Origin: Microthyrium microscopicum
Lineage: Eukaryota
NCBI GenBank assembly: GCA_010405405.1
Contig: MU004236.1
Span: forward strand, 1,990,070-2,054,069
DNA length: 64,000 nucleotides
Direction: 5' to 3'
The translations under genes and the position numbers were made by a program. Positions 13,990 through 26,700 of this stretch are shown piece by piece (the first letter of the stretch is position 1; each line of letters opens with the position of its first letter). Under the pieces are notes generated by a model. It saw only the letters and a list, made by a program, of their open reading frames with translations, did no database searches and was not told the DNA's origin.

Positions 13990-16900
13990 TCATTTCCTTT
14001 GGGCCTTACCCTGGGCAGTACGAAGCAGCTTGATAAGACTTTCGTCCTGGGCGTCCAATTCGTCAAGCGAGCGAGGCTGTTTTGGACGATCACCATCAAC
14101 GGATTCTTCGTCTATGATATCCTCAGAATCATCGAGACCAGGCAGAGTGTCGCTGCCCAATTTCGAGTATGTCCGCGTAGGCTCTTTTATGGGTAGCCAT
14201 TTGCGTTTGGGGCCGCGTTCAGCGAGCAACTTGAGCTTTGAGTTGACTTCCTCGGAGCCGGCGTCTCTGCCGTCGAGGCGCCTGATAAGTTGCTTGACTT
14301 GCTCCGCTGTCGCTGGGGCGGCATCTTCGTCAACGTCAAAAAATCCGAGTTCGGGTATGAGAGACTCTGGATGATTGGGAATGCGCCTGAAAGGCTCTCG
14401 CCGATGGTCGCGCCTGGTGACCAACTGGTATTGTTCTCCTGTTGCTGGGGCGGTGTCTTTGTTGGCGTCAGAGACTTCGCATCCGGGTAGCATAGGTTCT
14501 GAATGACCCGGAACGTCTACCACTGAACGTCCCGGCTTGTCTTGTTCTCCTGTCATTGGAGCAGAATCTCTGTAGACGTCAGAGAATTCGGGTTCGCGTA
14601 TCACAGGCTCAGGATGGCCCAGAGTATCTACAACTGCATGATCCGGAATATCTCCCTCTGATTCGTCCGCAAGGTCTTTGTCTGTATTCCAATCCATGAG
14701 TTGGCTGAATGATTCCAACTGATTCGGACCAAAGGCTGATTCACGAGCAAATTCGAGACGCTTGTAAAGGCCCCTTTGCCTTACTATCTTATCATCGCGA
14801 GCATTGATTTCTCTCCGAGTTAGCATGTAATCGCTTTTATGATTGACAAACTTGTCGCCTGTCCATGCTTCTACCGCAGGAGTCAGTTTTGCAGCGACTT
14901 GTTGCAGAACACTGCTGAGAGTAACGGCCGAGGCAAGTCCGTCAAAGTACCGGCCTAGGCGATCCACTGACGATATCTTCGCTGCTTGCAGAATGTTCTT
15001 GAGAATTATCATCGTCCGAGGTTGAATATAGAGAAACTTTGTTCGCAAGCGATATTGAGAGTTAGTGAGCGCCTGGCGTACAAGTTTGGCGTCCTCGTCA
15101 TTGCCGGTGATTTCCTGGTGATATTTACTAAAATCGGGATTGAGGTGTATTTCAGCGGCTCGAAATGCTGCGACGACGTGGCGCGGGGATTCAGACCTGC
15201 AAAGGACTTGGACGTACGTGTTCCACGTGGTGGAAGTTAACTGGAATCCTTTTGTCTGGACTTCGTTCACGACTTCAACGATAGCGTCAAATTCTCGTCG
15301 ATCACCAAGATTGGTGATATACCAATTAAGAGGCCAAGAGAGGAGATGCCGTACATCGTAGCCACCCGGCATCGAGATCTCGCCCAGCCCGTCGATATCC
15401 TCGCCATCTGCATCGTCCGCAATCCATTGAATGCTCTCTCGCATGTCATTCAGCACTTGCTTAGAAGCATATTCGGAGAGCTTGCCGAGTTCATCAGATA
15501 CTGCTCGAACGTGGGCGGACAATTTACGGAGGCACGCCTTCCACAGTATCTCAACCTCATCATGGTTACCCGCAAGCGCATTTGCTTTCAGTAGGCTCTT
15601 GAGTATAGAAAGCGATGGCCCGCCATGAGCTACGTTTATATACCATTTCTGAACATAATTGACCAAGTCCCAAGCGCCAACTTCCGAGAAAGCCTCGAGA
15701 ACTTGATAAAAGTGGACATCAACTGGTCCAGCATGCCATACAGGCGGAAAGTCGGGGTTATATCGCAGATCCATCGAGGTTTGTGACAGGTTCGCTCTTA
15801 GTAGAGCTAGAACATGCCGATCTTCTTCTGCCTCAGGCCTGTTCAAGCGACAGAATGCGGCAAGGCGAAGAGCTCGTGAGGTAACATCCGGTGTTTGACC
15901 AGCTTGCACAAGCTCATCATATGCTTTTAAGCAATCGGTGTATCGGTATTCGTGAAAGTACCCTTGCATCAACAATGCGTAATGCCCAGCATGAGTGGGA
16001 ATATTTGATTTGGGCAAAACCTGGTCGACAATTTTTTGCGCTTGATTGGTGTTCTTGCTTCTGCAATGAAGTCTGACGAGATTCAAATACATGGTCCCAT
16101 CAATTGGAACACCTTTCGCTTCCAAGCCGTTGAAGATTGACATGGCTAGACTATAATCTTTGGCGCTCACTGCAGTGATGAATTTTGTCTTTTCAATACC
16201 ATATTCTCCCGGGTGCTGTACTGGATAATGACCATCCTGAAAGTCCGTTTCTTTTTTAAGCAACGTCTCTGATTTAGCAGCTGCAGGTGTGTCTTCAGAT
16301 CGGATATGTGCCAGCACAACGTGCTTAAGCATGTTTAGATCGATTGGTACGTTTTCTTGTCTTGTTATGCTGATCAGTGTGGTAACTGCTTTTGCGTCGC
16401 CAATCGCGCCACAGATGGCGATCAGTTCTCTCAACGTATGCCGAGTAACATGACATCCAGCTTTTGGCATACGGTCGAACACTATCTCGAAAGCGGCACC
16501 AAATCTTCGTGCACGCGCATGAGACCGGATGACTTCGATCCAGACTTCTTCAATCTGGAGAATCCTTGGAAAGAGTTGTGAGAGTCGAGAGAAGAACTCT
16601 TCTGTACGGTAGAAGTTGCCAGCTACGACGTGAACACGCAGAAGGGAGCAGACCCGTTCCGTATCCTGCTCCATCTCCAGCAAATTTCGATCAATTCCAG
16701 ACAGTTCCCCAATAGTAGGTCTCAAACTTGAATTTAGAGACTGTACAATGGAGAGGTTGCCTTTCCGAGAGAACAGTGTCATCATGGATACGATTGCCGC
16801 ATATGGCAAGTTCATGAAGCTCTGCGAAGCAACGGAACAAATCTCTTCAAGCATTTGTTGAGTCTGTGTAGCGGATACCACATTGATCCGGGAGAAGAAG

Positions 16901-18300
16901 GTGAGTGTGCTCAGGATTTTCTCGATTAAAGACGGGCTGGCTCCTCCGGTCGACTTGGCGGATTTCAGGTATGCGGTCCATAATAGACGGAGCAGATGGA
17001 ATTGACGATGCTTTGACTGGTTTGTCGATTCCTGTATCTTATCACAGAGACTTATTAGGGCATATCTTAAGAGGCGTTTTTCGTTGACATTGGCCCTTTT
17101 CATCATTTCGAGGACTGAGATGATGGAATCGCTGGTCTGCGAAAGGGATGAGAAGGCAGCAAGAAGGAACTGGAAAGACAGGGACTTTACGACGTAGTAC
17201 TGCACATCTAAGCGATTGACGGCATATGTCAAGTACGCGTCTACGATGTCAGTGAGGCCTGGCAGCCTTATTGCCACTCTCCAGAGATCCTGCAGTTGTT
17301 GTCGGGTTCCCTCCAGATCCGAAGATTCCGTCATTCCAGCATAAACTTCAGTCGACACCTGTAGCACCCTCTGCCAATCCTTCGCTCGAATGGCGTGAGC
17401 AAGTAAAACATCAGAACCAATGTATGTGCGAAGGTCTCGCTGTCTTGCAGCTGCATGTAGTTTTGCCGCATTATCAATTCTGCCGGTAAACAAATGAACA
17501 ACGGTTGCTCTCCAAAATGCGTACGTCTCATCGAATCCCGGGCTGTTTGTGATGAAAAACAGCCGAACACTATCTTCTTCACTGTCTGAAAAAGAAAGAA
17601 AATTGGCGAGTTGAATTTTGGCCTCAATCGTCTGCTGCTCAGGAGGAAGGTCTCTGTATAATGCCCATGCGTGGGAATACGAGAGGTTATCCCCTGGTAA
17701 TGGAATAGTCCCTTGAATATGTGAAAGGAAGTCTTTGCGTGCAGATCCGTCCTCGGCCTTAGAAGCACGAAGTGCTTTGATCCAATCCAACTCCTGTAAT
17801 TTGATTTCTTGGAAATTCAATTCGTCGGATTGTTCATTGTGCTCAGCATAATGTGGTGGCGGCTGAGGATTCTCGCCTCCGTCTGCAAGAGTACTCTGTT
17901 TTCGATAGCCAATCGAACCGTGACCCGAGATCTGCACTCTTTTTCTCGCGCTCATCGCCGGACTGCTCATTCGTAGTTCTTTTTTTCGAAAATAGATCGT
18001 GCCAATTGACGTTCTTGACAGCCTCCTCATGAGAGCCAGTGTTTTGGGTGGATATAAGAAGTCTAACATTCCACTTGTTGGTTGATCTGATTTTGGGGAA
18101 CTCCTCGGCTTCGAAAGAGTATCGGTGAAGAGGATACACATTTGATTGAGGAGAGTGTCCCACCATGGAGGAATGGTAGGAGATGGAGCGCCATGGTTCC
18201 AAAAGGAGTGGAGTTCGCGCTGTGAGCGGAAGGGGCGCTTTGGAGACGTGCAAGAGTGAAGAGTCGCAGGATCTGGGCATTTCTTGATCCTCAGGGGCAT
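13990..18300 (-). CDS. Large pentatricopeptide-repeat protein, CYA-5/Pet309-like (mitochondrial COX1 expression factor)
   Basis: Single ~1436-aa ORF from ATG 18300. N-terminal LHSFWNHG..PPWW and LDFLYP motifs as in Pezizomycotina CYA-5 homologues. PPR-like helical repeats (HYALLMQGY, TWNTYVQVLCR, MYLNLVRLHC). Confidence 0.75.
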   Translation of the reverse strand: MPLRIKKCPDPATLHSCTSPKRPFRSQRELHSFWNHGAPSPTIPPWWDTLLNQMCILFTDTLSKPRSSPKSDQPTSGMLDFLYPPKTLALMRRLSRTSIGTIYFRKKELRMSSPAMSARKRVQISGHGSIGYRKQSTLADGGENPQPPPHYAEHNEQSDELNFQEIKLQELDWIKALRASKAEDGSARKDFLSHIQGTIPLPGDNLSYSHAWALYRDLPPEQQTIEAKIQLANFLSFSDSEEDSVRLFFITNSPGFDETYAFWRATVVHLFTGRIDNAAKLHAAARQRDLRTYIGSDVLLAHAIRAKDWQRVLQVSTEVYAGMTESSDLEGTRQQLQDLWRVAIRLPGLTDIVDAYLTYAVNRLDVQYYVVKSLSFQFLLAAFSSLSQTSDSIISVLEMMKRANVNEKRLLRYALISLCDKIQESTNQSKHRQFHLLRLLWTAYLKSAKSTGGASPSLIEKILSTLTFFSRINVVSATQTQQMLEEICSVASQSFMNLPYAAIVSMMTLFSRKGNLSIVQSLNSSLRPTIGELSGIDRNLLEMEQDTERVCSLLRVHVVAGNFYRTEEFFSRLSQLFPRILQIEEVWIEVIRSHARARRFGAAFEIVFDRMPKAGCHVTRHTLRELIAICGAIGDAKAVTTLISITRQENVPIDLNMLKHVVLAHIRSEDTPAAAKSETLLKKETDFQDGHYPVQHPGEYGIEKTKFITAVSAKDYSLAMSIFNGLEAKGVPIDGTMYLNLVRLHCRSKNTNQAQKIVDQVLPKSNIPTHAGHYALLMQGYFHEYRYTDCLKAYDELVQAGQTPDVTSRALRLAAFCRLNRPEAEEDRHVLALLRANLSQTSMDLRYNPDFPPVWHAGPVDVHFYQVLEAFSEVGAWDLVNYVQKWYINVAHGGPSLSILKSLLKANALAGNHDEVEILWKACLRKLSAHVRAVSDELGKLSEYASKQVLNDMRESIQWIADDADGEDIDGLGEISMPGGYDVRHLLSWPLNWYITNLGDRREFDAIVEVVNEVQTKGFQLTSTTWNTYVQVLCRSESPRHVVAAFRAAEIHLNPDFSKYHQEITGNDEDAKLVRQALTNSQYRLRTKFLYIQPRTMIILKNILQAAKISSVDRLGRYFDGLASAVTLSSVLQQVAAKLTPAVEAWTGDKFVNHKSDYMLTRREINARDDKIVRQRGLYKRLEFARESAFGPNQLESFSQLMDWNTDKDLADESEGDIPDHAVVDTLGHPEPVIREPEFSDVYRDSAPMTGEQDKPGRSVVDVPGHSEPMLPGCEVSDANKDTAPATGEQYQLVTRRDHRREPFRRIPNHPESLIPELGFFDVDEDAAPATAEQVKQLIRRLDGRDAGSEEVNSKLKLLAERGPKRKWLPIKEPTRTYSKLGSDTLPGLDDSEDIIDEESVDGDRPKQPRSLDELDAQDESLIKLLRTAQGKAQRK

Positions 18301-18740
18301 AGCCTGGACAATAGAGACGACCACATGTGATGTGGAAGGAGACGGAGAAGATGCTGACTCAAAGTCACCGAATGCTAGAAGAGTGAGTGAGAGGCGACAC
18401 GATAGATAGTCATTACGAACCGGATCAAATGCATTGAGACAGGACTGTTTGAGAGTTGGAGCAGCCCTAGAAGAGAAGAAAGGGATGGGGGGGTCCTAAA
18501 TGAGGTGACGAGAATAATTGAAGAGATTGAAGATGGTCGCAAGAATTCCAAGGTTGAGGACTCAATGAGCCTCACATTCTAAACTTTTTCTCCCGGCAAG
18601 TGGTCAAAGCGCCTCCTGTATATGGATGTCTTGGCATCAATTGATCTCGAATTCAGAGGATTGTGACTCCGAAATCAAACATTAAGCAGCAACTCAATCT
18701 TCAATTACCGATTAAATGCATTATATACAGAGCTCAGGCT

Positions 18741-20724
18741 TTAAACCCGATTATCCAACTCCTTCTCATTCACAGCCTTTCCTCCGTCAGCACCAAGTGT
18801 TGATCTCCTCCTTCCTACCACACTCTCCTTCCTCTTGCGACTCGTATCCAAGGACTGCGCAAACTTCGACTTTTCGCGGATCGCAGGCCCTTTCTTATAG
18901 AACACATATATAGGCACAGTTACAGCCACCGAGATACAAGCCAAGATCGTCGTTGCATATTCCAGTGGTCGACCCGGGATGTTCTCATACATTGGACCAG
19001 CGTACATGGCAGCCACACCAGCCAAAAAGTCTCTGGCAAGATCGTTACCTCCAGTTGCACTAGCTGCGTAAGGTCCGTATGCAGCGGTCATGTAATCAAT
19101 TGAGGATTGGTAAATAGCGTACTGTGGAAGAGATTAGCCAGTATGTCTGATACGAAAGGGGTGGGTGGGTTACATTTGCTATGCCAACGAGGCATGAGAA
19201 TATCATTGGAGCAATCCATGGGATTCCGTAGCTTGGGCCAAGACTTGTCCATGCGAAACCAAACAGCCCGATGGCTTCTAATGGAGCAACTTCGATGTGT
19301 TAGCTAGATCTCACGGGAGTTCTACTTTGTACTCACGGTATAGTAACCACCAGAGACGCGCTTCTGGCTTCAGACGATCTGGATCCTTCCGGCGGATTCC
19401 CCGAAATCTATGTATTGAGGGCAAATACGAGAGGTATGACAGGACATAACCAACGAGGAGCCTTCGAACCTTGGTTAGTGGCCATAGAGTTAAGGGACTG
19501 TTAAACTTACGGTATGAACGCCAAAGTAATTCCAATGGTTCCGAACCCCCATTGCTTATATACGGGAGTGAAACTTTCCAAAAAGGTAAATATCAGAGCG
19601 TCTGAAAACCCACTGAGAAGTGACAACCAAAGAACAATAGGTTCTGTGAAGAACATGTAGAACGGTCGATCTGTAACACATTGTCAATTGCATATCATCT
19701 GGAGTCCTTTAAGAATACTTACACCAGATAGTCCAGACCTCCTTTGCTGTTAATTTCGGTCGAAGCTCATTTGGCCCATAGACATTCGGCTCACTACCAT
19801 TCTTGCGTCGTCGTTTCGCCTCGCGATCCAAAAGGACTGTAGCCCGAGTTTCAGGATTTGCCACGAGATGGATAACTTGTACAATAACCCCAACGATCAA
19901 TTGTGTCCAGAAGATCCAAGAGAGAGGTTTTTGCACTTGGACGAAACCGCCTATGACGGCACCGACAACGCTACCGCCGACAGATGATAGAACCAAGAAT
20001 GCGACCGCGTATTCCTGATCACTGCACTATTATCAGTATGATGTTCGAGATATCATGCGACCGGAGAGTGAACGTACTCGGGCGTCCACATATCAGCAAG
20101 AGTTCCTAGAGTAACCGATCCGCCTAAGTAAAGGTCAGTATACATCGAGCTTGAGCCATGTACTCAGTGCGTATGTACCTGCTGTCGAAAGACCACCAAG
20201 TGTGCGACAAACCACATATGTCCCAAAATTGGGTGCCAGTGCGCATGGTATTTGCCAGATGTTAACCAGAAACAAACTCGCTTGCTGAATAGGCCATCTC
20301 CCAATTTCTTCAGACCAAGGAGCCCAAAGTTCGCATCCTAAAGTATCAACAATTAGCTTGCCCGTTATTTCTCCCTGAAGAAAGTTGAAATACCAAATGC
20401 ATATGCAATAAGAAAAACCGCCTGCGGAACTCTCGCCGCCTGCGTACTAACACCAAACTTTTTCGAAATCCCATCCACACCATTCGAATACATGCTCGCA
20501 TTCAAATTCATTGATATCTGAATCAAAAACACCACACACAAGATCTGCCACTTTCTCCACGTTGGAAACGCGTACCCCAAGACCTCAGGTGCATCCGTGT
20601 CTGTGAGCTCATATTTGCCGTCCTTCTCAATGCGCGTGGGAGTATTACTCGACTTTTCTTCGCGATCGCCTAGATCTCCGTATTTGCCTGGATCTTGCTC
20701 CGTTTCTGGCACAGAAGTCGCCAT
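18741..20724 (-). CDS. Major facilitator superfamily drug:H+ antiporter (DHA1-like), multi-exon
   Basis: Exon ORFs 20365..20724, 19709..19996 and 18741..19091 plus intervening exons give YAFG-CELWAPWSEE.GR, PETRATVLLDREAKRRRK and YGPYAASATGGNDLARDF. First intron 20338..20393, with several further short GT-AG introns. Confidence 0.88.
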
Positions 20725-21399
20725 TTTCTTACGCCCGCGTATACAATGCGATTATATGCGACGAAGATAGCAAAAAGATTGTGTGAATAAAAAGTGGGGT
20801 TTGTCCAAGATCACATTGACATTTGACACCAAGGCTTTGTTTCCTTCTGGGGCTTGGTATGGTCTTGTATGAAGCTTACCCATGCTTGTTGAAGCACGAG
20901 AGTGCGCTAAAGTTACCGCGAAATCCGGGGTATGACGTTGCTTGACGTTGGTCGCATTCTCGTAAACCTCAACACCAAATATGGACACCCAGTTAACAGC
21001 CCCAAAGTGAGCCTTGGCTGCGGACCCATGCTTGGCTACCGTCAGAGACCGCTGTAGGATTCATTGAAGGTGTTGATCTTGACTCAGTTGGGTGTAGTGC
21101 ATCGAGCATCTGATCCCCGCGTTGATCGTAAAGAGCAAGGTGATCAATTTGGCTTTACAGTGCCACCGCAGCTCAGTTGTCCCCCCCCCTAGATTATGAA
21201 ATGGCGCTTCAGGGCGTAATTAGAGGGCAAGAAGATCTAAAGAGTGCGTTAGTATGCAAATTTAGCGGCATAGCCCCTTAGTTCAATCTTACTAACTCTA
21301 TCCTTTTCCTAAATTATAATATTAACTATCCTAAAGCTAAATCTTTATTAAATATCTTAATTTTTAGTATTCTAATACTATAACGAATAACTCTTTAAT

Positions 21400-22480
21400 A
21401 TGCCGCCCTATCTTAATAATTTAGAGTAAAAACAAGTATAGAATATAATTAATCTTAGCTATACTAAGACTGTTATTACTAGGGCTATTAAATACTATCT
21501 ATAAATTATAAAATACTAACGTTAAATACTAAAGATTAGGGGCTCGTTTAAGCCTATAAAGACGTATTTAGGCCCTCTACTAGTATTAGATTATAATATA
21601 CGTATTATATTATTTAAATATCTACTAAATTAACCTAATTTAATATAATTTAAGATATATAAGTTTATTTTAGATATATTTAGATTAGTAATATCTTAAT
21701 AGTAAGTATCTAAAGTCCTAAATAGGCATAATTATACTAAAAAGAAGGTTAGTAATAAAGTAATACTAGTAGACACGTTCTTATATTTTATAGTTAAAAG
21801 TTATTACTACCTAACGCTCTACTAAAACTTATTATAAATATTATCTCTATATATTAAAATATACTTTTAAATAGCTTATCTTTATTAATAAAGTAGGCTA
21901 TAGAATTACTAGCGTCTTAAGAATAAGAAAGTAGAGTAAATTAGGTATTAAACCTAATATTAAAAGCTTCTTAATAGCTAATAAGTAGAAATTAAAGAAT
22001 ATTAATAATACTACTAAATAGTATAATATTCTACTAATATATAGCGTTAATAGCATCTTATTAGTAAATATCTATAAAGCTAATAGTAATAGTAATAGCT
22101 TTACTTAGTAGTATAAGAATAAGCTTTTAGATATCTATTAGCCTTATTTTCTTCCTTAAAGTATTATTATTATAAATAATACGTCCTTTTATTATAGTAA
22201 AGAAGTTTATAAGATATTTAGGACTATAAAAGTATAATTAGAATTCCTACTACTATACTACCTAGATTTTAACCCTATTAAAGAGTTTTTTAGTAATTTA
22301 AAAGCCTAGTTAAAAATAAACAACTACTAGTAATATAGCTATAAGAATTCTTTATCTTTTAAGTAGTTTTTAAGTATTAGAATTAAAGTTTTAGGTAAAG
22401 GAGTACTTAGTAGAAAGCAAGCTAAAGGATATATTTAATATAGTAGTTATATTATAAAGGAAGCTAAAATCCCTTAGGGC
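21400..22480 (+). mobile_element. RIP-inactivated Tc1/mariner (IS630-like, DDE_3) transposase
   Basis: Reads LIFINKVG (=LIFIDE.G, ~21876), SIIIINNTSFY (=SVIVMDNASFH, ~22160) and LLLYYLDFNPIKEFFSNLK (=LPPY.PDFNPIEEFF.DLK, ~22247-22303). ATG at 21400. TIRs not resolved. Confidence 0.88.
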
Positions 22481-23444
22481 TTAGAGTTATATAGAAATAT
22501 CTAGAAAATAGCTTTAATTATTACTTCTAATCCTAACTTCTTTATACTATAATAAAAATTTAATATTAAACTACTACTATTATAAATCTTACTTGCTTAA
22601 CTTAGAACTAGTATTATTAAGAAGAGAAATCTAATATATATAGTACTAATAGAAATTAGTAATAAATTCCTTATAAAGTTTAATTATATCGTCAAAATTC
22701 TATATTATAGCCCTTACTAAAAGATACTTAAACTAAGTATAATCTTTACCTACTACATAGCCTAAATAATATCCTTTATCTTAAAAAGCCTTAATAATAG
22801 CTAAAAATACTAAACGCTATTAGAAACCTAAATTAATATTATACTAGCTATTAAATATATTAAATTTATCCTCTAGATTATATTTTTAGACTAATAGTAG
22901 CTTAGAGATTAAATCTAAAGCTATAGCTAATCTACTACGACGCGGTAAAGAGCTAGAGCGCGTACGCTAACTCTAGCTACTCTAAACCCTACTAGAAGCC
23001 CTACTAAGTAAGTTTAAGCTCTCTTAATTATAATAAATATTAATATAAATAAGTTACGAAGTAGAATTTAATGCTATTATTATTTAATATTAATAGTAAG
23101 CTCTTTAAATAGTAGTGCTTTCTAATAAATTTATTATTATTATATTAAGTAGTATTTTAATAGTATATTTACTCTTTACTATTACTTAAGCTTAATTATT
23201 TAAATCTTTAGCGTTAAGGAAGATATATTTATTATAAGGATCTTTATAATAATACCTTCCGTTAAGATTATTTAGATACTCCTTCTTTTTATAGAGGTAT
23301 TTATCTACTAACTATATAAATTTAGAAGTAGAATTAACACGTTATTAATATTCTTTATAGCATAGATCTGCCTATTCTAATATCTTTGCTACTATTACTA
23401 ACGCTAGAAAAGGACGTTCTAGCTTAGTAATAGTAAATAGAATC

Positions 23445-23671
23445 TATAACGAGCTGTAGAACTTAGAGCGAGCAGATAATTAGATTATATTCTAGAATCT
23501 ACGAATAGGAGAGAGAGAGAAGAAAATCTAGAAGAGCTATAGATCTACGAGGGATATAAGTCTACTTAGTAGATCCTTAGGCGTGCTAACCTCCTTAGGT
23601 CTAGCGCGTAATCTTATAATAAGATCTCTCTTATAATACTACTATAAAGCTTATAAAGAGGAATTATTATA
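23445..23671 (-). repeat. 3' LTR of Gypsy A (227 bp)
   Basis: Begins TATAAC (RIP'd TGTAAC) and ends ATTATA (RIP'd GTTACA). Followed on + by taacttcctccttt, the polypurine tract on the minus strand. First ~62 bp repeated at 39656..39717. Confidence 0.75.
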
Positions 23672-23731
23672 TAACTTCCTCCTTTAGTATAACTCTTTAG
23701 GCTATAGATTACTAATTATAACTACTTTCCT

Positions 23732-23793
23732 AATCTATTCTATTCTAATCTAGTCTAGTTTAGTCTAGTCTAGTCTAGTTTAGTCTAATCTAA
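23732..23793. repeat. Pentanucleotide (TCTAG/TTTAG)n microsatellite in the 3' region of Gypsy A
   Basis: aatctattctattctaatctagtctagtttagtctagtctagtctagtttagtctaatctaa. Confidence 0.7.
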
Positions 23794-26700
23794 TAAACTT
23801 TTAGTAATAAATAATATTTTAATCTTTCTATAGTGTAATACTAACCTTACTAATTATTTAGAGCATCTTAACCTCTAGCCTACTAAGGTAACTATTAAGA
23901 AGTATTAATAAACTTTAAGATATCCTTAGAATACTCTAATTCTTAAGTCCTAGTAGTTTAGTAGTTAGTAATCCTATTAGTATAAAGGAATTAGTAATAT
24001 AATTATTTACTTCTTCTAATTAGTAGAAACACTATTAGAGTTGTAATTAATACTATTGCTAGTAGGCTTTAGTATTAGTAATATTTAGGTAGGATATAGG
24101 TCTAGCTTACTAAGGTACTAAACGTAAAACTTAGTAATAAGCTCTAGTACGTTTTTAATAACTATCTAATTATACTATTTAGCTTTATTATAACTAGTAT
24201 ACTTAATCTTATATTATAGCTTCTTATATTAACTAGTAAAGTAGCTATTAATAATAGCGTTAATAGACTATTTATTATTATTTATAGTTTCTCTAATAAC
24301 TACTAGTAATAGATTAGCGTACTTAAGTAGCTTAGCGTTATTTATAATATAGTAAAGAACCTAAGCGTAAAAGATATTATATATCTTTATAAAAGAGAGG
24401 AAATTAAGTTTATAAGTAATAATATTAATTTTCTTAATTATATAGAAAGAATTTATATTCTTATTATTTAGAGTCTTTAAGAGACGTAAAGTAGAGTAAT
24501 TCTATATATCTAAGTAAACCTAGTTACTTAGTAATAAGTCTAGAGCTACGTAGTAATAGTAATTAGTATATTTTATTTACTAAGCTTATACTTAGATTAA
24601 TTACTTTATTAAGTAATTATATATTTTAGCGTAACCTTTTTATATTATGTTTATATTAATAGCTTCCTTATTAGCAGCTATAGAGATATTTATAGGTTTT
24701 AAGAAGTAATATAAGGACTTAAGGCCTAAATAAGGATTAAATTTATTTTAAGCTTTAAAGAATATAACTCCTATAATAGCGTTTATAGTAGAATTAACTA
24801 TAAATTTAGTAAAAAGTAAAAGAGCTACCTAGTTATCTTAATCCTAATTAATAAACGTATATAAAAATTATTTAAGTATAGTAACTAAGATTTTTATTAT
24901 ACTATTAGTTTTAGGGTAAAATACTATACTAAGATAAAGTATTATACTTACGTATTTATATAAGTACTTCTAAAATATAAAAGTAAATTAGCTACTATAG
25001 TCTAAAAGAATTATTAATAGCTAGCTAATAAGCTTCTATATATAGTTAATAAAAGCTAGTACTATTAAGTCTATAGATAAGTTTAGTAGTAAGATAAAAC
25101 GTTAGGTCTATATATATTAGTTAATAACTATTATAACGTATTAATAGATTATACTTTAATATAAATAGTAAGGTAGTAAGATAGTAAAGTTAATAAAGAT
25201 ATTAGACTACGTACGCTTAAAGAGAGAGAATTAATATAGAAAGCCTTACTTCTTTTAGTAAATAAGTTTAGTAAATATATATTTATAACCTTTAATAAAG
25301 CTTTTAACGTTCTATAATATCTTAGGCTACTAGTAATCTTTCTATAAGTAGTAGTAAGTTATTACTACTTTACTATAACTTATAGCTTTATAACTATATA
25401 TGCTTTATATAGCGCAATATTAAAACTTACCTTAAGGAATAAAGATTTAGTTATAATAGAGGATTATCTTATTAGTAGCTACTATATAGTCTCTAAGCTT
25501 AATTTACTCTTATTCTAAAGTACTAAAGAATAAGAAGAGCTAGTAGTTAGTTTTAGCGTAGTAAATAGTAATTATTATTTTATTATACTTTACTATATTT
25601 ATAATATCTTATAAGAACTAGTTACTATTAAAATCTAGGAATAGATTATCTCTTAAGGAATTAAGTAGCTTACCTTTAAGTATCTTATTATTACTAAGAG
25701 ACTCTTTTATAGAATTAAGTAGCTTACCTATAGAATTAGAAATATCTAACTTATCCTAAGTAATAGTAACTAAGTATAGTATTAAAAAGTAGGTAGGTTT
25801 AATAAGTAATATAGCTAGTTTTACTATATACTTTATATTAAATTAATAGAGGAATAGTAAAAGTTAGACTTATTAAGAGATATAAAGATTATTATTACTT
25901 TATAAGATATCTTATAATTAATAGGTAAGGGTATCTACCTTTCTATTAGCTATACTTAGTTAGTACTTTATTTTAAAGTAAAACTAAAAGAGGAACTTAG
26001 CCTATTTAGCTTATTATTAAGAGAGACGTTTTATTATTATAAACGTCTAAAGGTTATAATAATTAAAGAATACTTAAATAAGGTTAATAGAGCTAAATAG
26101 CTCTAGTTTTTATTCCTTAAATATATAGATAATAGCTAAAAGTTTTTTATTATAAATATTATAATTATATTTTACTAGAGTTATCTTCTTTAAGAAGTAT
26201 ATAACTAGGTAAAGCTTTCTATTATTACTTTTTTAAAAGAAGACTATAGTATAAACTTAATTTAAGATATCTATTTCTAGCTATATTTCTTTAGTATAGT
26301 TAAAGTAGTATAATATCTTAATAGATATAAAGTCTATTTTTAACTTCTTAAACGTACGTTTCTTTAGCTTATTAAGGTTTTAAGGAAAGATTATTATAGC
26401 GTCCTTTTTTATAAGTACTATTAGTAGTACTATAGTCTTTAAGTATTTAAAAATAAACTAGTAATAAAAATTTATAAAGTTAAGAAAAGCTTAAACGTCT
26501 TTTATTAAAGAGAGACGTTATTAGTTAACTATACTTTAAATCTTCTCTAAGTCTATCTTAATACCTTTAGTAGTAATAATTAGGCTAAAGTATTTAACTT
26601 ATTAGGTATTAAATTTATACTTCTAGATATTTAAGTATAATCCTACTTTATTTATTATTTTTAAGATTAAGTAAGTATAAGTAGTATAGCTAGCTTTAGT

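Noticed and set aside
21157..21200. TA-CAGT as the left TIR of the Tc1 element
   Set aside because: No matching inverted copy could be identified downstream of the transposase.
25335..25585. Plus-strand look-alikes of RecQ motif I (LPTGGGKSLL) and a ParB-like DGNHR after de-RIPing
   Set aside because: These are shadow readings of the minus-strand Gypsy A pol. No downstream helicase motifs follow.
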